This document shows, piece after piece, positions 51,198 through 63,050 of a DNA stretch of 64,000 nt. The stretch is from Epiperipatus broadwayi (taxonomy: Eukaryota; Animalia; Onychophora). The notes beneath the pieces were generated by a model, which saw only the letters and a program-made list of their open reading frames with translations, was not told where the DNA came from and did no database searches. The stretch lies in NCBI GenBank assembly GCA_028023455.1, contig JAQFVV010000001.1:16492001-16556000 (forward strand), in the 5' to 3' direction. Position 1 is the stretch's first letter, and each line of letters opens with the position of its first letter. The position numbers were made by a program, and so were the translations under genes.

Positions 51198-52635
51198 ATT
51201 ATTATATCATCTGCTTGTGCTTAATAAATTTAATATATTTAATACTGTTGTAGGCAAAAATTCAAGAATAAATTCTGACATTTTATTTTTTATCAATTAG
51301 TTATTTTTTCATTCATTGATAAGTACTATATAGCTTTATTAAGTGGGAAGACCACATACCATATTAGCATAATTTAATGTGCATTTATTAACAATAAAAA
51401 TATCATACTTAATAACTGTAGATAATCCCTACCTTGTGCGAGAATGGTGTAGTGAAAAGTACATAACATAAATATTATAGTATTTCATACTTTCAAATAA
51501 AGGAAATACAAACTGCTTTGGATAAAATACTGAAAATGCTCTTTTATCTATTTATATATAATACTCAATGCTTTTTAAATTGGTAGAATAATTCTAAAAG
51601 TAACAATGTAAGACTTAAATAATTCACTTAATATTTTTAAGTTTGGCTCATTTTGTTTTAATAATATTGCAATAAGTAATAGTAGCAATGTAAATAAATA
51701 TTGCAATGTAAAATTCATAATTTTTTTTAATCTAATACTAATAGCGATTTGCAGCCCTAAAAACAGAAAACATTAACAGTTGATTTAAATTATTACTACA
51801 ATTTCTTCAATACATGATAAACAAGTACACATCTTTGCACAAATTGCCTAGGCTATAAAAATAACACAAGTATATTTGTAAAATAAAAGTACGTTTAAAT
51901 ATATATAATCTTTTTTATTTAAAAACAGATTTTACTATAAATAACATTTTTGTGGGCTGAAGACTGCTAAGTGCTATTATAAAAAATAATTGGATTATTA
52001 GGCTTTAATAATTTTTTTGATACTGCCTTAATCACATTTAAAAAAACCCTCAAGAATGTCTATATTCTGTAGGTATTCATAAACAGGAAAATCCTAGATT
52101 ATCAATCCATTGTGATATAATAATTACATTGCAAATGATTCAAATTTTATAAGCAGATCTTAATGAAATTTTGTCATTTTTTCATGTCTAAACTAGTTTA
52201 TTACAATGCCATGGAGTGGTGGACTCAAAAGCTAAAGATATCAGAATCGAGGGGCATCTGTTAATTTTGGTGCGCGAACGTCAATGACTCCTCAAGTGAC
52301 AAGCCATTCAATTATTATTATTATTATTTTCAGAATTCCAGGTTATTATGTATGCAGTTTATGAGCTTGGGAGTTGGAATAATACATAATACAACTTTTG
52401 TTGGCGTTCTCTATTTATGCCCCAATTCCCCTCCACACCCATACTTTTTAAAAGTGAAAAAAAAAACTCAACATTTTTTTAATTATAAAATATAATTACC
52501 AAGTTTTATTTAATTTCTTTTTAAATAACTAATCCTTCTGCTTTGTATTAAAAGAATAATTTATTTACATTTCTTTTAAAAAACACAACTATAAAATAAA
52601 TGCTAAGCATTAATCTGTAATTTTACCATCAATTT

Positions 52636-52884
52636 TGATGCGAAGCATTATGGCTTCTCTTTTCTCGGAGTCAGGAATCTCTCAGTCACTATGCCCAGAG
52701 AGACCTCTTAACCACCTTACCTTTTCATTCCTCACCCTAAGTTTTTCCCATATTCTTTTCTATCCTGCTCCATCCCATTTGCACAACATTATCTTTGTCC
52801 ACTCCATGGCCTTTATATCTAAATCCCCCTTATGTTTTTCCAAACCCAACATAAAAACCCAAAACCCACTTTCTGTATAATCAC
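52636..52884 (-). mobile_element. RTE-like LINE 3'-end fragment
   Basis: Reverse complement of 13197-13450. Confidence 0.65.
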
Positions 52885-54633
52885 AGAAGTTAAAAGACAG
52901 CATTTCTACCTATAATTAAATAGCCCAAAGGCAAACATGTTATATATGGAGGATATTTGTATTTCATAAGTTGATTCCTATAACTGCAAACTAATTGAGT
53001 TTTAATTTTTGTCTCTTTACATTTTTTCTTCTGAAGTAGAATAACAAAATTCGTTTAGGAAGGATTGCTATTGATAAACATAAATGTACAAGTACAAGTA
53101 TTTTTAATGCTGTCACAAACCTTTAAGTTTAATTAATGAATGCTTTGTCTAAATTATTACATTTAATTTAATGCAAAATACTGAACTGATGAATATAAAT
53201 CTTTGCTCATTTCCTTGGAACAAAAAGCAGAAAATGTATTTTCAATCAACTACTATGAAATGTTTTTCATTTACATTATTGTTATTGTCTTAAATTAAAT
53301 GTTACAGTTTATTAATAAGATATTTCTCTTACTTTTTTCCCTTAAAATTATATTTGTACATAATTGTAAATAGTCCAATTATTGTTATTTTTTAAAATAA
53401 TTATTTAAATATAAGTTTGATTAATATATGGTATTGCTTTTGTTTTCTACACTATAAAATCTTCATTAATCTTGTGATTATTGAGTTTTCATGTCTCTAG
53501 GCTGTTTGGGTGCTGGTTATAGTTTTTATATGACTGACTGTTTTCCATATATTATCAGTCAATGCTATATTTCTATAGAGAAATTACAATACACACATAT
53601 ATATATATTGCTTGATTATATTCTTTTGCATCTAATAATTTACCACTCCATGCACAGCATATTTCCCTCCACTCATGTAGTAATGATTTTCCCTCCATTT
53701 TTTTCTTTCAATCACAAATATATTTTTGAAAACATCTTTGTTTTCCTCTGCTTCTTCAACCGTTCTTATTCATTGTTTGTAATAGTTGGATCTGTAAGTT
53801 GGGAACTGAATTTTAATTTTTTTTTTGCATTGTATTTTTTTTTTAGTTTCAATTTGAGAGTCTCATTATCTAGTTTATCATTCTTTTTAATAACTATTTC
53901 AGGAATTATTTAATCTTCTATATTTCTTTCTCAATTCTTTTGGTTAATATTCATTTTCTCTTTTTGTCTCTTATGATTACAATTGATAATATCAACAATT
54001 TACCTTCTTGTCCACTTTCATTTTAGGTTATTTTATCCAAACATTTTTATTTTAACAAATTATATTTTCTGGTTGAAATTATTTTCACATTTATCTTTAT
54101 TTAGAAGCATCAGATTATAATTATATTTTCAGTTTTCATTAGATAACTATTAATTATTTTCTAATGAATGTTGATGGTATATTTATGTAACAGTGCTGTA
54201 TGTATAGCAGCATGTACATCATATGTTTTGCCTTTACTTCATTTATTTCACCAGTTGGATTAGAATTTCTTTTATGCTATTTGCTTCTGGATGGAAAGAC
54301 AATGTTTGTATATATAATATCATTCATTAATTTAATGTTTTTTCAAGCTATTCCAAAATAAAAATGATACCATATTTCTAGTCTTAATTTCATGCTACAA
54401 ATATTTCTCTAAATTTTTTTAAATCATTCATTATAAAGTAATTTTTATTAATAATAGGTAACTCTCTAAAAATAGGCATCAATAGTACCTATATAAAATT
54501 TAAATATATGTATATTGTCTATACTAGACTTAATGTAATTAAATGAGATTTGAACTTACACTTTCAAACTCCATACATATATCCAGTTCATCTTATACAA
54601 CTGATACACATGACCACATAATGAGAAAAAGAG

Positions 54634-54691
54634 AATGATTTCCAATATACATATTTCATGCCAAAACAGCACTCATCAATTGGTCCAGATC
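54634..54691 (-). ncRNA. Type I hammerhead motif (family R4), decayed (C3 to T)
   Basis: Minus strand GATCTGG-ACCAA-TTGATGA-GTGCTG-TTT-TGGCAT-GAAA-TATGTAT-A/TTGG. Confidence 0.65.
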
Positions 54692-55441
54692 CCCATCTTC
54701 CACACATAAATACAATCAGTGTTCAGTTTATATTAAGATAGCAGATCTTCAAACTTTAATGGATAAGTTTCAATCTTTTCCTTTCTCCAACTCTTCAACC
54801 ATCCATTTCATTGAAAATATGAGGCTGGAATGCTCAAAACCCATGTTGATGCCAATATTATTGTCATACCCATGTCAACCTTAAGTCAATCTGATCCCTA
54901 ATACTTAAGACCTTAATATATCCATTCAATTATACAGAACACTGTGTGGTCATGTATATCAGTTGTATAAGATGGATTGGTTAGATGTAGGGAACTTGCA
55001 AATCTGAGTTCAAGTCCCTTATAATATATATAATATTTAACTACAAGTATATTATCTATACTGAACATAAAATAATTACAAGGGATTTGAAGTGAGTCTG
55101 AGTTTAAATTTCTTCTAATTACATTATGCTCAGTATAGATAATATATTTGTATTTAAATATTATATATTTTGGCCTGTATTCCGCCCATTCCTCCTCTCT
55201 GAATTTAAATGAACACATTAAGTTCCTATCCATAAAGGGTCAGAATGACTTAAAAAATCGATATAGGTATGACAATAATATTGGCATCAATAAGGGATTT
55301 GGGTATTCCATTAACAGACTTTCAATGATATGGATAGCTAAAGAGTTAGAGGGGGAGAATATTGAAGCCTGTCCATTAAAGTTTGAAGATTTGTTATCTT
55401 AATATAAAGTGAGCACTGACTGTATATGTGTAAGAAAGATA

Positions 55442-55500
55442 ATGATCTGGACCAACTGATAGGTGCTGTTTCAGCACAAAATACATATATTGGAGATTAT
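55442..55500 (+). ncRNA. Type I hammerhead motif (family R4), stems intact, core decayed
   Basis: ATGATC-TGG-ACCAA-CTGATAG-GTGCTG-TTT-CAGCAC-AAAA-TACATAT-A/TTGGA-GATTAT. Confidence 0.6.
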
Positions 55501-57486
55501 TTATCTCGCATGTATATGATCATGAGTATCAGTTATATAAGATTGAGTGGTTAGATATAGGGAGCTTAAAAGTCTGAGTTCATGTCTCTTCTATATATAT
55601 ATATCCATTAAAAAGACTATCATGGTTCATATGTACTGTCTGATACATTCTAATAATAATTAATCATGTATAATAATTTATATGTAGTAATCTATAAATT
55701 GTTGGTATACTTCACGTTTTAATATAATATTCAATATCCTGCTTTAGTCTACATATTTAATATTTGTTTTAATTATCCTAAGATGTCCTTTATAAATTAA
55801 TTTGAGAATTCTTTTTCTGCCATGAGATAAAATGAGAATTTTGTTTCCGATTAATATATATCATTTAGCTATTGGTGATTATTTTCAAACATTACAAAAT
55901 GCACTTGGAAGAATTTTTGAATGGCTAAATGACCACCCTTATTCAATGAAGCAAGGATTGCTAACCATAATTTTTATGTCCATTCTTCTCTAAATTATTA
56001 TTTAATACATGAGATTTAAATATATTAGTACAGTTTACGTATATTACTCTTGGTAATTTAACATTTTAGATAAATATCTGTATATGTTATTTGTTTTCTT
56101 TTTTGATATAATTCGTAATCATAGTCATATGCTGCTAATACATTATGCACCATGATATATGTGGATTTATATAATCAAGTATTTGTTTTGATTTAGACTA
56201 TATGCCTAACAATGATTTATTATCTATAACTTTTTCAAGGTTTATTACATAAGTAATGGTGAAGATTATTCACTCCAAAAACCATTGCTAGTTTATTTAA
56301 GATAAGCATTTTTGTACGTTTAAAATCTTTCTCTTGTATTTTGCCCTAAAACAATTTTCTTTTTTAAAATAATTATATTGCAATTTTATCATTTGAACTT
56401 TTTTAATCTTTAAAAAACTGTTAAAGACTAGTAGACCTAAACTTTTCCTTTAGCTTTTGGAGAACCATGCATCTTTATCATTTAGTTTTTAACTTTCTGC
56501 ATACTTTTGTTATATAGTGATCTAATGAGCTGTGGTGAGAATATTATCAAAATATAGAATAATTGTTTTCATTTCTTGAAAGAGTGTATTTATTTTAGTT
56601 TTCTATTGTTTGCATCTATAATTATTCCAAAAGATAGTCCATTAGATTTATATTCCTTATATATTGTTTTTATAAATATTTTAAATTCTTCATTTATTAG
56701 TCTAGTAAAAATCAGATAAAAGAGCAATTTTATGATAATGCTATAACTTCTCAGACATTTGACAAAAGTTTTATTGACTTTCAAGGGTTTATTTTAAATA
56801 TTGTTAATTTAAATTTTTCTGTTTGGATTAGAATTCCTTCTTTTAATAGTATTCTTAACACACTCTCTCTGCGTGAATATTTTTTTTCCATCTAACAATA
56901 ATTAATTGGTTTTGTATGCAAAATCATTTTTATTTCTACTGGTAGAAAACCAAACTTCAAACATGTGCTATTATATTGGTATTAATTTACTTGTACTCAT
57001 CCATAAATGTTTTAAAAATGTAGGGGAGTCATCTATGCTTAGAGCTTAATATTAAATAAACTAACTTTTATTGACCATGCTTAAATCAGGACTTGATCCT
57101 ATTATGAGCCTGACAATTCAAATGATAAATTAATTGTACAAATTTAATTTATATATCATAAGGAAAAGAAAGTATTTCATTTTTAACTACCCATGACTTT
57201 GAAAAATATTAATTTTGAATACCAATACTAAATATATTAGCAATTCTATATAAATATTGTGAGGATATATTAAACCGACCACACAAAAATCATTACTCAC
57301 ACATACATCATAAAAACTGAATCTACCAACACAATCAAAAGCATATTATTGATTATAAGTTAATATGTTTGAGTAAAATTGTCTTAAAATTATATTATTG
57401 ACAATACTAATTTATATGTATATCAAATCCTTAAATGCAAGCAAGTAAAAATCTCAAAAAACAAAAGAAAGAAATCATTAATATTA

Positions 57487-57517
<31 letters not shown>

Positions 57518-57551
57518 ATTATTATTATTATTGTTGTTGTTGTTGTTATTG

Positions 57552-57592
<41 letters not shown>

Positions 57593-57599
57593 GTTGTTG

Positions 57600-57643
<44 letters not shown>

Positions 57644-57662
57644 GTTGTTGTTGTTATTGTTG

Positions 57663-57705
<43 letters not shown>
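57487..57705. repeat. Compound (TTA)n/(TTG)n microsatellite at the 3' flank of LINE B
   Basis: Read directly from the sequence. It produces the poly-N and poly-L pseudo-ORFs. Confidence 0.98.
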
Positions 57706-57707
<2 letters not shown>

Positions 57708-57865
57708 TTCAACAATATACTTTATTGGACAATAAGTAGGCTACATGTGGTATCACCAGAAAAGGTACACTGATAAAATAGACTTACAGATTGTACATGA
57801 GTTCATTTGTATAGTTACAATCAAATGCATAGTCTTTGTTTATAGTTTTGCAATCTGAATCTTTG

Positions 57866-60800
57866 TTATAGCCTTGATCTTTGCTTGATCAGAGACCAAG
57901 TTGCTGCATATATGTCTGGGGATGTGATCAATTTGTCCCTATTTTGTATCTGCATTAGCTTGTTTTGAAATGTTGAAGGATGTCTTCTAGTGTTTTTCCC
58001 AATTAGAAACTTGCACCTGATGCACCACAGAGTATATAGTAGAAATGTTGCTGCTCTGATGGTGGGTATTGATTTGCCCTTGTAAGCCTCCATTAATTGT
58101 TCTATCCTGGTATTATTTTTCCTGTATATATTATGTATTATGTCTCTTATTTGATTTAGTCCTCTACAGTGGTCCATTAGGTGCTTCCATGTTTCTTCTG
58201 TTTCATGACATAATCCACAGAAAGGATCAATAGATATGTACATCCTTCTGTGGAATAGAAAATTGGTAGTTGGTAGTGCATCCAGGTTCATTTTCAGAAC
58301 AAAATCAAAAAATTTGGGTTCCAATTTCCATTTTTTATATTCTTTTATCATTTTCTTGTTTGTTATTCCTATTATTGGTGTTGTGTTATTTTCTCCATTG
58401 TTGTTTGTGTGTATGAGATTGTATATTTCCCAGTATTTGTATTTTTGTATGTATTGATCTGGGATTTTTTTTTCTATTTTACATTGGTATATCATTAGTT
58501 CAATATATGAACCCTTGGGTGGTGGTCTGTCTGTGGGGATTATTTGTAGTAGAGGTTTCAGTTTGGGAAATTGATTGATGGTTGTAATTATTACATTTCT
58601 AAGTTTTTGCATGTGAAAGATGGTGATATCGTGTAGGCCCATTCCACCTATATCTGTTGGTCTTCTAAGTTTTTTTATGGAAATGGCCACTGTTTTTCTG
58701 GACCAAATAAGTTGATTGCACATTGAGTTTATCTTGGATTTGAATGCATTGGTAAAAGAAATTATTGGTATATAATATGCTATCTTAGTTGTGATTAATC
58801 TATTAATCAATTGTATTTTTGAATGTATTGATAGATATGCTTTTGCTAGGGATTTTGTAATGTTTTCAGTTTCTTCTTTCAACTTGTTCTGTATGTAGCA
58901 TCTCATTCCCGTGGCTCCCATATAAATTGGAAACCCTAGGAATGGGCTTGGCTTTCCCTTGTATATGGATTCACATTGCTTTCCTGTGTATATAGACCAG
59001 GCCGATGTTTTTGTTGTATTAATTTTAAGCCCATATTCTATTGAATAATTATCAATTATCTTTTGTAGCTTAGGTATCTGTTTTTTGGAAAGCAGGAAGA
59101 CTGTGATATCATCCATGTAAGCTAGGGATGTCACTTGTTGCATTGTTGCTGGTATGTTGATCCCCTCAAATGTTTGATTGATTTTCTCAATGAGAGGGTT
59201 AATGTAGAAGGCAAACAGCAATGCACTAAGGGGGGACCCTTGTGATAGTGATTGAGTGGGGACAAAAGATGGTGAGTTTCTTCCATTAACTGTGATATGT
59301 ATTTCACGGTTCAATAAGAGATTTGCTGTTATGTATAATAGCCTCCTAGGAATGTCTGTCTGTTTGAGCATCTGCAATAGGACTGGAATTTTAACTGAGT
59401 CAAATGCCGATGCAATATCCATTTGCACCACCACTGGACTATATTTCTTTTTTTCTCGGATATTTAGCATTATAGCTTTAAATAGGAAGGCTGCCTGTAG
59501 CATTGATGAAGCTTTTTTTGCAAATTGTGTTTTTGAGATGATGGGTAGTAAGTATGGCTCTATCATGTCTTTTATTACCTTTTCTAGAATTTTTATTGGT
59601 AGAGGGCCCATTGAGATGGGTCTTAATTCATCTAGGGTGGGAGTACTTGTCTTCTTTTTGTTGTATGGAACTATTGCAATGGGATAGACCCCCTGCATTT
59701 GCATAACCTCTTGTGTCAGATAGTTGGCCAGATTAGTAAGGTAATTTGCTGTAAACCATCCTAAGTGCTTTAGCACAAATAATGGTATTCCAGGGGATCC
59801 AGGGTGGCATGAGTTGCTCATATTTTCCATTTTTTTAATGAAGATCTCTTCTTTGAATATGGGTTGGTCTTCAATTGTGCCAAACATTTGATTGCCATAT
59901 TGAGTTGGTTGGTTTGCTTGCAATTTGTTTTTAAAGTATTTAAATATCGGCAGAATCATGTTATGCCCGGCAAAATTATCATTATTACATCGAATAGCTA
60001 ATGGCACTTTTATGTCAGGTGCATATCCCAGTGCCCATTTGATATATTTCCATGTCCAAGTGTGTTGTTCTGTGATACAGATCTTACTTTTCTTGATTTT
60101 TAAATAATCTTTGAGAGCATCACAAGCCTTATCATAGGCATATTTTAGTTTATATATATACTGTTGTGTGTTTTGCATTGGCATAATTGCAGTTATTCTT
60201 CTGTGGAGTTGTTCAGTATATTCTAAGATTTTTGATGGTGGTGGCTGGTTTCTAACCAGGTGGTTGATGTTAAATGATAGTATGTTTATGAAAGCTTGAT
60301 ACTGTTGTATAGGGTCTAGATTCATTGGTTGAATTTTGTTTAACATTATATAGGATTCCGAAAACAGAAATTCAGTTGTAGTTGCAGGCAGTAAGATTCT
60401 GATTGTTCTTGTGAGTGGAAGTGTGGTTGTCTGTATATTATTCATGCTGATTGTGATCATTTGCCCAGAGTGATCAGAAAAGGTTGTTGGAGTAAGTTTA
60501 ATCTTGATAAAATGATGTAATACTGGTGAATAAAAACATAGATCAATTAAAGATGCAAACCGGCCATTGTGAAATGATATTGCATCTGCTGGCAGGAAAT
60601 CTTGGCCACTCATAAGTGGAATTGATATTCTGTGTATCCATTTCTTTGTGAATTCCTGGTAGGATGTATTACAGTCACCAACTAGAATTGTTGGGTTTCC
60701 TGTGGTTGCTAGTCTTGAATTTATGGTTGATATTATTGTCTCAATTTTTGGTCTTTGTATTGGCATGTAGATGAAGACTATATTGATTGTGATGATTTTG

Positions 60801-61102
60801 TGATAAAAGGTAACAATTAGTAAGTGTGAATCTATATGAATTATTTTGAAAGTTATGAATGGGCAGATATTGGTAATTACTAGGCCAGTACCTGCCATGG
60901 GGGACATGGTATCCTTGGAGCATGCGCAGAACCCCTCAGCATTTAGATATCTGCTGGGATCTACTTTTGATGCTGCATATATCTTGGTTTCTAGCAGCCC
61001 TATAATGTGTGGCCTTGTCTCTTTGATCCAGTTTTTAATTTTGTACAATTTGGAGATCGCATTTAATCCTCTAACATTAATTGCTGCTATTTTTATTATC
61101 AT
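57866..61102 (-). CDS. LINE B ORF2: AP endonuclease + reverse transcriptase + C-terminal CCHC (1078 aa, intact)
   Basis: APE motifs NVRGLN, LLETK, VGDCN, IDLCF and FSDH. RT motifs LRPISM, MDIASAFDSV, SQGSPLS, AYMDD and GLKINTTKT. The C-terminal finger reads CGLCHETEETWKHLMDHC. Confidence 0.97.
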   Translation of the reverse strand: MIIKIAAINVRGLNAISKLYKIKNWIKETRPHIIGLLETKIYAASKVDPSRYLNAEGFCACSKDTMSPMAGTGLVITNICPFITFKIIHIDSHLLIVTFYHKIITINIVFIYMPIQRPKIETIISTINSRLATTGNPTILVGDCNTSYQEFTKKWIHRISIPLMSGQDFLPADAISFHNGRFASLIDLCFYSPVLHHFIKIKLTPTTFSDHSGQMITISMNNIQTTTLPLTRTIRILLPATTTEFLFSESYIMLNKIQPMNLDPIQQYQAFINILSFNINHLVRNQPPPSKILEYTEQLHRRITAIMPMQNTQQYIYKLKYAYDKACDALKDYLKIKKSKICITEQHTWTWKYIKWALGYAPDIKVPLAIRCNNDNFAGHNMILPIFKYFKNKLQANQPTQYGNQMFGTIEDQPIFKEEIFIKKMENMSNSCHPGSPGIPLFVLKHLGWFTANYLTNLANYLTQEVMQMQGVYPIAIVPYNKKKTSTPTLDELRPISMGPLPIKILEKVIKDMIEPYLLPIISKTQFAKKASSMLQAAFLFKAIMLNIREKKKYSPVVVQMDIASAFDSVKIPVLLQMLKQTDIPRRLLYITANLLLNREIHITVNGRNSPSFVPTQSLSQGSPLSALLFAFYINPLIEKINQTFEGINIPATMQQVTSLAYMDDITVFLLSKKQIPKLQKIIDNYSIEYGLKINTTKTSAWSIYTGKQCESIYKGKPSPFLGFPIYMGATGMRCYIQNKLKEETENITKSLAKAYLSIHSKIQLINRLITTKIAYYIPIISFTNAFKSKINSMCNQLIWSRKTVAISIKKLRRPTDIGGMGLHDITIFHMQKLRNVIITTINQFPKLKPLLQIIPTDRPPPKGSYIELMIYQCKIEKKIPDQYIQKYKYWEIYNLIHTNNNGENNTTPIIGITNKKMIKEYKKWKLEPKFFDFVLKMNLDALPTTNFLFHRRMYISIDPFCGLCHETEETWKHLMDHCRGLNQIRDIIHNIYRKNNTRIEQLMEAYKGKSIPTIRAATFLLYTLWCIRCKFLIGKNTRRHPSTFQNKLMQIQNRDKLITSPDIYAATWSLIKQRSRL

Positions 61103-61127
61103 AATTATTTTGTTGGATCGTATTATT

Positions 61128-62769
61128 TTAATTGCTGTTGTTCATTGATAGTATCTCAGATGCATCTACATAGTCCAGCTCTATTTCTTCATCAGAAAAT
61201 TCGCCTGGTTGACAAAATGGGTTGGTTTGATCATTGTCTCTTTCTTCAGTTTTTATTTTTTTTATACGTCTATTCTTATTTGGTGGTCGGCCTGGTTTTC
61301 TTTTTGGTTCTACTTCTACTGATATATTTTGTGATGTATCTATAGTTATTTCTTCCATGATTTGTGTGCTAGTCTTGTTGATTATTCTTGATGTTTGCAA
61401 TATATTCCCCTCATTATTTATTTTGCTATTATTGAGTAACTGTGTTTCATTCATTGCTGTTTTGTTTTTGCTTTCTTTTTGTTTATCTAATTGTCGAGTC
61501 TCTTTGCCTTGTGATGGAGGTTTATTATTCACTATATTTGGTGCTTGGTCATCAATTTGTGAGTTTGTGCTTATTATCATATTTTGGGTGTTTGGTTGAT
61601 CTGATTCCTGCACACTCATTTGATTTTCTGAGTTTGATATATTTATATTATTAGATAGTTTTTTTTTTCTTTTTGTTTTTTTCTGTTTCTATGTCTATTT
61701 TTTTTTCCTTATTGATATCTGTATATTCACTATTTTCTATATTTAGTAGTTCTTTATTCATATTTCCTATCTTATTTATTGTCTGCTTAGTATTATTTTG
61801 AGGTCTGTCTAATAGCTTTGCCTCATCTTTCATGGTAGGTCCCAGCTCTGTTCCCTGCTCTGGTTTCTCTTGAGACAGATCAGCTGAGGTCAAGTTGTTT
61901 TTATTGTTTGGGCAGTTTACAGCTAGATGCCCTCTGATTCCACAACCATAGCATTGAGGTCTCAGGCCTTTTATTTGCAGAGTCAAAATAGCTTCCTGGT
62001 CTATTATTTGGTTAGGGATGTTTTCAGGATTGATATTTTCATTTAGCTTAATTTTAAAATAAAAGCTGTTGGTGTAGATTGGGATAGGTGTGTCTGTGCA
62101 GTAAATCGGTTTGATATATATAGGTTGACCAAATGGCTGTATTAATTTTGTAAAATCTTGCATATTATAGCCGAAGTAGGTATTTTTCAATGTTCCTGTG
62201 TAGTAATTTTGTAAATTTTTATCTACTATAATAAGAGCATAATTTTGTAATACTTTAATTTTTTCTTGAAACTCTGCACATTGCTTTTCGTTAAAGAAAT
62301 CAACCGCTATATATCTAGAATTTGGGTGGTCTCCGATTGTTTGTATAGCATGCCACATTTTTTTCTCATCTATTTCTTCATATAAGAGATCCCTTGGGAA
62401 TTTATATAAAGTTAAATTTTTGTCAGTAACTGCTAATACTACAGATTTATTCGAAAAGAATTTATTAAATGTTTTAAATAATTTTTTAGGTATGGTTTCA
62501 TTGAACTTTTGATTGATCTCTATCAAATCTTCTTTAGTCCACGTTTGGATTTCCGGTTCATTATAATTTTCATTGCCTTGGGTTAAATCGTCAATGTCAT
62601 TTTTGTTAGCTCTTCTGAATCTTGTAGTTTGTGTTGATTCTATATATTTTTTGAAAGATAGATTTGTTTTTATCACATTTGCATACGTTTTAGCATTTCC
62701 TGCATTGTTTGAATTTGTGCTAATTTCCCTTACGTTAGATAATGTAAAAATTTTTCCTCCTGACGCCAT
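61128..62769 (-). CDS. LINE B ORF1 (gag-like: RRM-like region + CCHC knuckle), split by a +1 frameshift at an A10 run
   Basis: ORFs 61651-62769 (CYGCGIRGHLAVNC) and 61128-61619 join into one 546-aa frame if one A is removed from the run at 61659-61668. The N-terminal half aligns to element A ORF1 (…HPN.RY…). Confidence 0.85.
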
Positions 62770-62970
62770 GCTTGCTTTTTTGTTCTAACTTACTTTTATA
62801 TAATAAAAGTAATTTTTTTTACCTTTTTGATAGAAAAAACTTCCTTGTGTGTGTGTGTTTCCTTTCTTCCTTCTTGGTGAATTATGTTCTATTTAAAATA
62901 TTGTAGTTTTTATTACTTTTTGGTAGCGCACGTAAAATTATATACTTCTCCGGTTAAATAACAGGACCGC

Positions 62971-63050
62971 ATTATATTATTATTATTATTGTTGTTGTTG
63001 TTGTTGTTATTATTATTATTATGATGATGATGATGATGATGATGTTGTTG
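62971..63050. repeat. Compound (TTA)/(TTG)/(ATG) microsatellite between LINE C 3' end and LINE B 5' end
   Basis: Read directly from the sequence. Confidence 0.98.

Larger units (their letters stand above)
54575..55615. repeat. Family R4 head-to-head inverted pair with internal partial copies
   Basis: About 54575-54900 (minus) mirrors about 55235-55550 (plus). The terminal segment is repeated directly at 54951-55030 and 55521-55615. An inner inverted repeat lies at 55049-55069 and 55125-55145. Confidence 0.85.
57709..62970 (-). mobile_element. L1/Tx1-like non-LTR retrotransposon B, full length (about 5.26 kb), nearly intact
   Basis: About 200-nt 5' UTR, ORF1 (one frameshift), a 25-nt spacer, an intact ORF2, and a short 3' UTR ending AATAAA-GTATATTG-TTGA. 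Both junctions carry AATATAAT (plus strand ATTATATT at 57701-57708 and 62971-62978), a probable 8-bp TSD. Confidence 0.95.

Noticed and set aside
53491-53913. 140-aa hydrophobic ORF (and similar F/I/L/Y-rich ORFs elsewhere)
   Set aside because: Its composition follows from T-rich non-coding DNA. It has no motifs or splice context.
57509-57773. Poly-Asn and poly-Leu ORFs
   Set aside because: These are translations of the (TTA/TTG)n microsatellite.
62920-62970. HDV-like ribozyme at the 5' ends of LINE B (and LINE A)
   Set aside because: The nested P1/P2/P3 pairings could not be built by eye. A structure-descriptor search would be needed.
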